DNA of 64,000 nt, taken from the NCBI GenBank assembly GCA_951406725.2, contig OX597830.1:54932001-54996000 (forward strand), read 5' to 3'. Shown here piece after piece: positions 52,923 through 64,000 of this stretch. The position numbers were made by a program, and so were the translations under genes. The notes under the pieces were generated by a model. The model was not told where the DNA came from and made no database searches. It saw only the letters and a list, made by a program, of their open reading frames with translations. Position 1 is the first letter of the stretch; every line of letters begins with the position of its first letter. The stretch comes from Octopus vulgaris (Eukaryota).

Positions 52923-54072
52923 TGTATACATATATGTATTTACTTCTTTACTCATACACAAATATGCATACATACACACACAAACTCACACACATACATG
53001 GATATATGTATGTATGCTGTAATGGGTTACATGCTACCAGTAGCACTAAGAGTGACCTGTCACATGGTTGAGCCATTGCAGACCAAACCAACCACCCTGC
53101 CAAACTTGCTTGGCAAGGAATATGGTCTTTGTAGGACACCATGCAAGATGAAAATGAAAACCTGCCAAAGGGCAGCATAACTCGGTTGAGTCAATGGCCA
53201 TCCAACACCAGTAAGACCACCAGAAGTAATTGATCCCTCAAGTTATTGTCCCAGCATCCTTCTAGGCAATAGGACCCCGATGTAAGTCTTACATACAGTT
53301 TCATTACTACAATTTCATTTAATTACTGGTCCTGTTTAGCCTACCACTAGGTATCAAACACAATGGCTCCGAGGGTGGTAACTGTGTTATAAAAGCCTTT
53401 ATCACTATAATCCAATGACATACAGATGTCTCTTTATGGTGACTTCATTTGTCATTCCATCTACAGGAAGCGGTATGGCGATAGAAGAGTGGTGACCTGG
53501 GCAGATCTAACCATTGAGAATGTTCAACTTCAAGTCAAAAGTAGTTGGAATTTTGGTTGGAGAATACCTTGTATTTACAATGTGATCTGATCAACCCAGT
53601 GGATGTTGCAAACTATGCAGATCTGCAATGAGACTGAACATTTATTCTGAGTGGTCATGAATGGAAAGTCAGAAATGTCATTGACAACAAGGAAGCAGAA
53701 AGAGACAGCAATTATCTGTGAAGATGGAGCAAGCACCATGTATATATGTATGCATGTATGTGTGGGGAGGGGAGTATGTTTGTGTGTGTGTGTGTGTGTG
53801 TGTTTGTGCGTGCATGTGTGTGTGTGTGAGGTGCAGGTACAGGGGTTTGGTTAAGATGTTTGTTCCTAACCATGTCACTTAGTTTCAGTCCCACTTGATC
53901 CCTTATTGTGTATCATCATCATCATCATCATTACCATCATCATCATCATTTAGATGAGATCTGAAGCACAACTTAAGATCTGAAGTACAAGCAAGAGATC
54001 CCCGATATGTTCAATGTTGTTTCCTGCGTACACACACACATACATACATACATATATACATATCAGTATCAT

Positions 54073-54104
<32 letters not shown>

Positions 54105-54105
<1 letters not shown>

Positions 54106-54365
54106 TTAATGCCGGTTGTCTATGCTGGCATGGACTGGAAGGTTTGACCAGAGTTGGCAAGCAGGGTGGGGGGGCTGCACCAGAGTCCAGTCTGATTTCT
54201 GCAGCTGGATGCCCTTCCTAACACCAACCACTTTACAGAGTGTGCTGGATACTTGTACATGGCACTGCATGGAAACTTTCATGTGGCACTGTGCAGTTTT
54301 ACGTGGTACTGCATGAACAGTTTTATGTGGCGCCACACCAACGCTTTTACATGACCCTGGACCAA
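54105..54365 (-). mobile_element. Family C variant with short internal repeats
   Basis: gctggatgcccttcctaacaccaacc plus repeated atgtggcac units. Confidence 0.7.
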
Positions 54366-54398
54366 GTCAGTATATGTATATATATATGGATATATGTA

Positions 54399-54432
<34 letters not shown>

Positions 54433-54439
54433 TTGTGCT

Positions 54440-54670
54440 GCTTTGTCTTGACAACATCTTTTAAACAAGAATAGCCATGAGACAAGCAGTGTCATTTCTT
54501 TCCAATCTTTTGCAAAAATATGTTCAGTCATGCGGAAATATCTTACTTGGAACCAGTTTAGGGTCAATGGTATGAAAGGATCTGGCCGTAGAAAATCTGT
54601 TTCAATGAATTCTGTCTGCCCTCTACACAAACATGGAATGTGTACATTAAAACAATGATGATGATGATGA
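54440..54670 (+). mobile_element. Family E body
   Basis: Collinear with 1250-1500. Confidence 0.65.
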
Positions 54671-54749
54671 TATATACATACACACTCACACATATTGAAT
54701 GCTGTTCTGGATACTGAGTATCCAGTAAAATACAACTGAATATATAATT

Positions 54750-55230
<481 letters not shown>

Positions 55231-55709
55231 TAGCAACTAGTTCAGAAAAAACTGGTTCCAAGGAAAGGTTTCATCACTCTCATATTGTATTTCAGCTAAT
55301 ATAAATAATGTAATTAATACCCATAAATAAATAAATAAATAAAAAATTAGACCTAATTAGATCTTTGTTCGAAGCTGAAGGCTTACTGCAACCAACTGCT
55401 ACAGCTAAACGAAGAACTAGGGGGCGTTAAATCTCAGCCTCTGATGCTTAATCAACTAATGATAATTAATAAATAAGAGAAAGCGAGGTGCGGATGATTT
55501 TGCTTGTTATTGTTGTTGTTGTTGTTACAGTTGTATGTGCGTCAGTTTGTCCGAATGCATGGCTTTTTTTTTTGTACATTGATGTGTATTTTCTATTCTG
55601 TGAATTATTTTTCGATGTGTGTCTATTGTTTTTGTTATTTTCATTTTCTTCATTGTTTTGCTTGTTCTCTTGATTACTACTCTATAAATATATGAGCATG
55701 CAAGTATCT

Positions 55710-55763
<54 letters not shown>

Positions 55764-55893
55764 CATCATCATCACTTGATGTCTGTTTTCCATGCTGGCA
55801 TGGGTTGGACAGTTTAACAAGAAATTGCAAGGCCAGAGCACTGCGCCAAGCTCTACTGTTAGCTTTGCCATGGCTTCTGCTGGTTGATGCTTT

Positions 55894-55943
<50 letters not shown>

Positions 55944-55997
55944 TATATAAATAGATATATAAATAAATATATATATATATATATACATACATACATA

Positions 55998-56180
55998 CGT
56001 AAAAAACACCCACTATACTCGCGGAGTGGTTGGCGTTAGGAAGGGCATCCAGCCGTAGAAACACTGCCAGATCTGACTGGGCCTGATGAAGCCTTCCGGC
56101 TTCACAGACCCCAGTTAAACCGTCCAACCCATGCTAGCATGGAAAGCGGATGCTAAATGATGATGATGATGATGATGATG
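55998..56180 (+). mobile_element. Family C 3' fragment
   Basis: Family motifs with (GAT)n tail. Confidence 0.85.
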
Positions 56181-56207
56181 ATTATACATACATACATATA
56201 CATATAC

Positions 56208-56236
<29 letters not shown>

Positions 56237-56238
<2 letters not shown>

Positions 56239-57771
56239 GTGAACTACATGAAAAACATCACACTGTAAAAGATTACTTGTTCACCCACAACATTGAGATT
56301 ATATGGATTTTATTACATCTCTAGGTAATTTGATATCAGGGAGATGTCACTGACCCACAACATGACTCCCTTTTGAAAATACAAGGATTGCATGTAGGGT
56401 TTGAACTCGCTCACTTTCTGTGGACATGTTAATGCTCGCGAATGCATCTTTATGAAAAGCATGAGGCATGTGCAAAACGTTGATTCATCGGGTATAAAAG
56501 GCACCCAAATTTACCAGCCTGTCATTCGTTTCCTGAATGCAGCAAGCATGCCAAGACTGACATGAAATCAGAGGGAGCAAGCCATCGGGTGTCTCCATGC
56601 TGGTGAAGAACTTGGGTTGTTGCTAATGATTTGAACTGCAGTATTCAGACAATTGAGCAGCTGAGGGAATGATACAAGGCCACAAACAGCATGGATGATT
56701 GTCCATGCAGTAGCTGACCAAGGGTTACAATGGTACATCAAGATCACCACCTGCACTGACAGCACTTGCAGGACTGATTCTGGAGGGCAACAGAATCAGC
56801 CTAGCAGACCATAGGGACTCACCACAGACCTATTTGTGCTGAGACAGTTCTCTGCCAGCTGATCTTTCAATCTATCTTGTTGATATCCAGCTAGAGGCCC
56901 CATCCTTGCAGTTCGTCATCAACAGGCATGTCTGCAGTGGGCTCAAAATGTCAGAACTGGCGATATCAGCAGTTGAGGACTGTAGTCTTCTCTGATGAAA
57001 GTCGATATTGCATTTCTGTGGCAGATGGCAGAGCTAGGGTTTGAAGAAGAAGGGGTGAACGTCATGCCAATGGCTGTGTCATGAAGAGAGACTCATAGGG
57101 AGGACAGAGCATCATGGTATGGGTCGGATCGCACTCAACCAGAAACTTGGACTGGTGGTCTTCCAAAACATCAGCCAAAGCCGAGGCAATGGAGTAACCG
57201 CTGCTCGCTGCGTCAACCAAGTGTTGCCGCCTTACATCGTGTAATACTTTGCCCAACACTGGAATCACATGTTCCAACGTGACACTGCCCGTGCCCATAC
57301 TTCCAGGTTGACAATAGGCTTCTTCCAACAACACAACATCCAGACACTGCCATGGTCTGCCCTAAGTCCAGACTTGAACCCCATGGAGCACCTGTGGGAC
57401 AAAATCCAAAGAAGGCTATATGACATCTGTCCGAGGCTGACAACTGCAGCACAACTCACTGCAAGTTTTAACAGAGTGTAGGCTGCTATCCCCATGGCCT
57501 TCATCAATCGTTTTGTGCATTCAATGTACAGAAGATGCCTGGTGGTAATCAATGCTAACGAGATATTGAGTTCATCTCTTTGGATCCAGGACACTCCATC
57601 ATCATGTGACACCATGTGACATCAAACATGTTTCAGAAAATGACATCTTATCATTAGGAAAGAACGGTTTCTTAATTAGCATTCTTCAATCAATGCTATG
57701 ATGTTGTGGCAGTCTGTTAATAAACCGTTTTTTATTTAGTATGAGTGCGAGATTTCATTTGTGGTTCAGTT
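56237..57771 (+). mobile_element. Full-length decayed Tc1-like transposon (DD34E)
   Basis: Imperfect TIRs tagtgaactacatgaaaaacatcacact / agtgcgagatttcatttgtggttcagtt in (TA)n; MPRLT*NQREQAIG at 56548; VVFSDESR; FQRD-x34-E with SPDLNPMEHLW. Confidence 0.9.
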
Positions 57772-57796
57772 TATATATATATATATATATATATAC

Positions 57797-57828
<32 letters not shown>

Positions 57829-57887
57829 AGATGTATATGTATATGCATATATATATGTATGTATGTATGTATGTGTGGATATGTATG

Positions 57888-57940
<53 letters not shown>

Positions 57941-58369
57941 GGATGTATATGCATGTATATATATATATATACACACATGCACATACATACACACATATAT
58001 ACATGCATACATACATACATACATATACATATGTATATGTACACACACACACCATCATCATCGTTACGATCCTTTAACGCCTGCCTGTTTTGCATGTAGG
58101 CTTGAAACGGTTTGATTGGAGCAGGTATGCCAAAGAACTGTACCAGGCCCTCTTGTCCGTTTTGGCTTGGATTCTACAACTAGATGTCTATCCTGATGCC
58201 AAGAATTTACAGGGTGTACTGTGTGCTTTTTATGTGGCACCAGCACCAGTTGTGTCACCAAGTAACTTACAAAACAATACTCCCTCAGCTCCTCAGCTGA
58301 GAGGAGGAATGTGGTACTGAGGGGTTAGAAGGGGATGATGCTGCATAAGAGTGTGAGGGGAGTTATCTT

Positions 58370-58399
<30 letters not shown>

Positions 58400-58400
<1 letters not shown>

Positions 58401-58843
58401 GTGACTGGGACCTGACTAGTGATTGGGACCTTTGGAAATATGCTGTGCATGAGAAGACCTGGCAGGACAAGTGAGACCATAACCCGTGGCCTTTACTTGG
58501 GATGAAGCCAGTCCACTTTTGCATACCTTTCCTCCTTGGAACACAAAACTCTGCTTACCTGTTGAGGTAAGCAAAATCAAAATCGATCAAAATCAACACC
58601 AGTACCGATGGCACGTAAAAAGCACCAACCGATCGTGGCCGTTGCCAGCCTCATCTGGCACGTAAGAATAAGCAGCACCCACTACACTCACGGAGTGGTT
58701 GGTGTTAGGAAGGGCATCCAGCTGTAGAAACATTGCCAGATCAGACTGGAGCCTGGTGCAGCCTCCTGACCCTAGTCGAACCATCCAACCCATGCTAGCA
58801 TGGAAAACGGACGTTAAACGATGATGATGATGATGATGATGAT
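58400..58843 (+). mobile_element. Family C retroposon
   Basis: Family motifs with (GAT)n tail. Confidence 0.8.
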
Positions 58844-59218
58844 GATATATATATATATATACACTACAGGCTTCTTTCAGTTTCTCCCTAGTGAAATCCA
58901 CTCTCAAGGCTTTGATCAGTCCAGACTGGCCATAGTAGAAGACACGTATCCAATGTGCCACGCAGTAGGACTGAACCTGAAGTGAAGTTACCAGAAAGCA
59001 AACCTTTTACCACACAGCCATGTCCATGCCAATACCTCATGTTCACCATATCCAAATACACAAAGTCCATGTGCCACAAGCACACTCTTTACAATAACAG
59101 GAAGAATATCATCATTCTTTGAAAATGGAAAATGGAGAAAAATCATCTAAATTTGTTGTTTTTATCATTGATGTTGTTATTGTTTTTCTTATTGTTGTTG
59201 TTGCTGATACTGTCGATG

Positions 59219-59250
<32 letters not shown>

Positions 59251-59468
59251 GGTGGTGGTGGTGGCGGTGGCAGTGGTGGTAATGTTGTTGTTGATGTTCT
59301 CACTGATGTTCTTGTTGTTGCTGTTGCTATTGTTGCTGTTGTTGTTGCAGCTGCAGTTGATTGTGACAATGATGATCATGATGGTAATGATGATGATGTT
59401 GTTGATGTAGTTTCTGCTGCTGTTGCTGCTGCTGCTTTTGCTGCTGCTGTTGTTGTTGTTGTTGTTGT

Positions 59469-59550
59469 TCTTCTTCTTCTTCTTCTTCTTCTTCTTCTTC
59501 TTCTTCTTCTTCTTCTTCTTCTTCTTCTTCTTCTTCTTCTTCTTCTTCTT
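59469..59550. repeat. Perfect (CTT)n tract inside a (GTT/GCT/GGT)n region
   Basis: Direct reading. Confidence 0.95.
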
Positions 59551-60246
59551 TTTCTTTTTTTTTCTTACTGCTGATGCTGCTGTTGCGGCTGTTGTTGCCA
59601 CGGTTGCTTTTGTTGTTGTTATTATGCTTGTTGTTGTTTTTGTTGTTGTTGTTTTCCCTCCAAGCACCTGTCTATATATAATTCCCAACAACTCTGCTCC
59701 TGTTAATGGAAAATTGGTTTTTCTGATAAATTTTCTTCTGCAGATTCATAATATAATAGATTTAAAATATGTAATTTAGAAAAAAAAAAAAAGTTACAAA
59801 ATTTTTGGAAAAAATTCAGAGAATTAAAAATATACTGTAAGATACTTACTAAAGAATGGTAAAAGGAGGTAAGTAAAATATAAAAACATTAGCATTTTGA
59901 AAGAATTTTGAGAGCAAAATCTTAATGCCTGATATTCTAAAAATAGAAATCTGTTGTATTGCTCACAAACCAAGCAAAAGTGGGGGTTATTAACACTAAA
60001 ATAAGTTGCGTGTGTATGTATGTGTGTGTGTGTGTGTCTGTGTGTGTTTGTGTCAGTGCCTCTTTGTCTTGACAGTGTGTAGCAGCTGTAAACGAGTATC
60101 ACTGTCATACAGTCAGTGTCCTTCACTTTCGATATTCCGCGGAAACATATGTCTGGCCATGGGCAAATATACAACCTTGCTCAGAAACAGATGAGGGTTG
60201 ACAACAGGAAGAGCATCCAGCTGTAGAATAGTATATCTCAACAAAT

Positions 60247-60610
60247 GTGGTTAGGGCAGCGGACTCGCGGTCGGAGGATCGCGGTTTCGATTCCCAGACC
60301 GGGCATTGTGAGTGTTTATTGAGCGAAAACACCTAAAGCTCCACAAGGCTCCGGCAGGGGGGGGGGTGAACTCTGCTATACTCTTTCACCACAACTTTCT
60401 CTCGCTCTTTCTTCCTGTTTCTTTTGTACCTGTATTTCAAAGGGCCAGCCATGTCACATCGTGTGTGTCACGCTGAATCTCCTCGAGAACTACGGTAAAG
60501 GTACACGTGTCTGTGGAGTGCTCAGCCACTTGCACATTAATATCACGAGCAAGCTGTTCCGTTGATCGTATCAGCTGGGACCCTCATCGTCGCAACCGAC
60601 GGAGTGCTCC
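60247..60610 (+). mobile_element. SINE family D with tail type 1, nested in a family E copy
   Basis: Collinear with 42578-42935; E sequence on both sides. Confidence 0.85.
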
Positions 60611-60905
60611 TAATCTCTGTATTTGACCCATGAATGCTTGGACAAAAAAAACTTACAGGCAATGATGATGATGATGATGCATATATTATATACATTTTAC
60701 TTACACACAAATGCATGCACACACACGCACATACACACACGCACATACACACACACACAGTATATGGTACAGTATTATATATTTGAAAAAATGAATAGAA
60801 CTGGCTTTTCTCATAATTTTTCCACTTTACAATTAAGTGTTTTTAAGTTTACAAAAGGTTTATATGTGTGTATGTATACATATACACATATGTGTATAAA
60901 ATAGG

Positions 60906-60962
<57 letters not shown>

Positions 60963-60964
<2 letters not shown>

Positions 60965-61357
60965 TCTTTACTCTTTTTACTTGTTTCAGTCATATGACTG
61001 TGGCCATGCTGGAGCACCGCCTTTAGTCAAGCAACTCAACCCCGGGACTTATTCTTTGTAAGCCCAGTACTTATTCTATCGGTCTCTTTTGCCGAACCGC
61101 TAAGTGACGGGGACATAAACACACCAGCATCGGTTGTCAAGCAATGATAGGGGGACAAACACACACACATATATATATATATATACATATATACGATGGG
61201 CTTCTTTCAGTTTCCGTCTACCAAATCCACTCACAAGGCTTTAGTTGGCCCGAGGCTATAGTAGAAGACACTTGCCCAAGGTGCCATGCAGTAGGACTGA
61301 ATCCGGAACCATGTGGTTGGTAAACAAGCTACTTAAAACACAGCCACTCCTGCACCT
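60963..61357 (-). mobile_element. SINE family B, full length, young
   Basis: Family motifs. Confidence 0.9.
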
Positions 61358-61924
61358 ATATATGTATAAATATGTGCATCCCAGCTGAGAGTTCTTGTTC
61401 TGAAAGTTAATTGGTGACCTTACTTATACTGGTGATATGTAAAAAAGCTCCTAGTACACTCTGTAAAGTGGTTAGCTTCAGGAAGGGCAGCCAGCTGCAG
61501 AAACCATCTCAAAACTGATTGTAGGGCTTGGTGCAGTCTTCTGACTTGCCATTTCCTGTCAAACTGTCCTGCCCATGTCAGTATGGAAAGCATATGGTAA
61601 ATAATGATGATCCATATGTGTGTGTTTGTGTGTGTGTGTGTGTGTGTGGATCCTGGTCGACTAATATGTTGTGGCAATATTCCACGTCTTATTATCTTTA
61701 ACTTGTTATTGTGTTACCGCTGATAGCTCCGCAACACAATGACTTTGAAACGTCTATCTTGACTTGTATATACACGTAAATGACGCTGACTCCAGCTGAG
61801 AACTCATATAATGGCTTTACTACTACTGACCTCCTACAATGCCTGACTGTCTGACTTTATAGTAGTTGAGTCATACCACTTTATCATGTGGGAAGGGGAG
61901 TATCATGTTCACTACAACAATAAA

Positions 61925-62422
61925 GAGAGTAAAGATTATTTGCAAGCATAACATGGCAGTCCTGGTTTAGGATGAATGTTTCTCTTATTTAGCCCCAGGA
62001 AATATCATCTCCAGCTTGCTATATGACACACTATCTGTGTCCTTATATTTTAGAACAAGGGAGTTTAGCATCCCCACTTGGCACAAAACAATATCTATGT
62101 ATTGTGATTTCTGGGTTATTTCCCTTTATTAGCACAGAATAACTGTTCAGTTAGAGATGGTACTGCTAAATTCTTGTTTGAAATATATAGTTTTCAAAGT
62201 GACACACAGTCACTGATCTAATAAAATAAAAAAATTCTATTTCTAAATCTCACAACAAGAGATATTCAGTAACAGTACTCTAGAGTAAAGAATATTTGCC
62301 AACATAATATGGCAGTCCTGGGTTAGGACGAATGTTACTGTTATTTAGCCCCAGGAAACATCATCCCCAGCTGGCTCTACAACACACTGTGTCCATATAT
62401 TTTCAAACAAGGGTGTTTAGCA
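61925..62422. repeat. Direct repeat of ~140 bp (61925-62070 and 62282-62422)
   Basis: gagtaaaga.tatttgc..atggcagtcctgg.ttagga.gaatgtt..ttatttagccccaggaaa occurs twice. Confidence 0.8.
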
Positions 62423-62519
62423 GTGCACCTCTAGCTGTGTAAGGAAGTTCCAGTCTCTAACTGTGGAGGGAATCTGTGGTAGAATTAGACCCAGGAAGAC
62501 ATGGGATGAAGTGGTGAAG

Positions 62520-63027
62520 CATGATGTTCAAACTTTGAGCCTCACAGAGGCAATGACTAGTGACTGAGACCTTTGGCAGTATGCTGTACTTGAGAAGACC
62601 CATCAACCCAAGTGAAATCATAGTCATCGGTGATGTTGGTGTCGTGTAACTGGTACTCATGCCAGTGGCACATAAAGAGCACTATTCACGCATTGGGCTC
62701 ATGAAGGCAAAGTGGCTGAGTTCCTTTCAAGTGTTGGACCTCACGGGGGCAGTGACTGAGACCGTTGGCATTATGTCATGCTTGAGAAGAAGAGTCACCA
62801 AGCTGAGCAAAATCGCAGTCATGGAAGATGCCGGTGTCACGCAAATGGCACCGGTGCCGGTGGCATATAAAAGCACCCATTATTACACTCTTGGAGTGGT
62901 TGGTATCAGGAAGGGCATCCAGCCATAGAAAACCATTCCATATTAGACTGGATTCTGGTGCAGCCTTCCAGCTTACCAGCCCTTGTCAAACCATCCAACC
63001 TATGTCAGCATGGACAACTGTCATTAA

Positions 63028-63060
<33 letters not shown>
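62520..63060 (+). mobile_element. Family C retroposon, long copy
   Basis: Family motifs with (GAT)n tail. Confidence 0.75.
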
Positions 63061-63062
<2 letters not shown>

Positions 63063-63369
63063 ACCTATCAGCATACATACATACATACATACATACATAC
63101 ATACATACATACATACATGCATGCATGCATGCATACATACATACATACATACATACATACATACATACATACATACATACATACATACAAACAAAAATAC
63201 CCTGTTGCTGAAATTCTAATGAAGGAGCCTTGGATCTAGGTTAGAAACCAGGTCTTTCTCTACTAGCATGAAATCTTGAAATAAAACTGAATAATGACAT
63301 ACATACATACATACATACATACATAAATAAATAAATAAATACATATGTGCATACATACATAAATGCATA

Positions 63370-63600
63370 TTGAAGTAACAGGCCACAAACCAACCCATCT
63401 GGAACAAGATACAGCTGAATTTGGGATCTTGAGGAGAGAATGCAAATCTTTAATTCCTACACTACAAATGATCACAACATCTGGGACTATAAAAATCTGC
63501 AGGACCTTGAGATTTAAAAGTAGACACTTTCCTTCACAAACTGGTTTCCAAGTTGGTGGCTGGTCAAAATTTACTCTAAATTAAAACGACAAAGAGAACA
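63370..63600 (+). mobile_element. RLE-type retrotransposon 3' end in (ACAT)n
   Basis: gagagaatg.aaatctttaattc..gactataaaaa.ctgca.gac..gacactttccttcacaaac..caaagagaacata shared with 42985-43230(-). Confidence 0.8.
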
Positions 63601-64000
63601 TAGAAACATACATACATACAAACATACATACATACAGCCATACATACATACATCCATACATACATGCATACATACATACATACATACATACATACATAAA
63701 TACATACATACATTCATACATACACGCACACATATACATACATACTTACAAACATACACACATAAAACCAGCTCTTTCTCTATTGGCAAGAAACCTTGAG
63801 ATAAAACTGAACAATGACATACACACGCACACACATACATACATACATACATACATACATACATACATACATACATACACACATACACACACACATACAT
63901 ACATACATTAACATACATACATACACATATACATACATACATACATACATACATACATACATACATACATACATACATACACACACACATAAAACCGGCT

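Noticed and set aside
53020-53740. Possible LINE 5' UTR or HDV-like ribozyme
   Set aside because: I could not build the nested pseudoknot or find a linked ORF
63205-63262. CTAATGA..hairpin..GAAAcc hammerhead-like string
   Set aside because: G5 is missing, stem I is weak and there is no complete second copy to support it

Overview
AT-rich eukaryotic DNA, most likely intronic or intergenic, saturated with microsatellites ((TA)n, (CA)n, (ACAT)n, (GAT)n, (GGT)n, (TAA)n) and decayed transposons. The SINE complement and microsatellite load resemble an octopus (coleoid) genome; that is inference from recall, not a search result. I can support no host protein-coding gene. Almost all listed ORFs are microsatellite artefacts, and the protein-like ones are transposon remnants. 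Identified elements: a 5'-truncated RTE LINE (33616-36270) and two more RTE fragments; R4/Dong-type fragments in (TAA)n; a restriction-like-endonuclease (RLE) retroelement family found twice in (ACAT)n; a Tx1-like 3' end; a Penelope GIY-YIG remnant; a full-length decayed Tc1 (DD34E); a maT (DD37D) derivative; mariner and hAT MITEs; Helitron-like ends; and many SINE copies, labelled A-F here for convenience. The most notable signal is a set of minimal type-I hammerhead ribozyme motifs in at least five unrelated short elements, mostly beside (TA)n/(CA)n tracts. They include an intact copy in an inverted-repeat pair (47794-47841), one with a very long stem II (42258-42346) and a G3-C8 compensatory core variant (26818-26868). 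Other signals are (ACAT)n-targeted RLE insertions, two apparently independent SINE insertions at the same site of a hAT MITE, head/tail shuffling among SINEs and several local inverted duplications. Coordinates were read by eye; boundaries of decayed elements are approximate.
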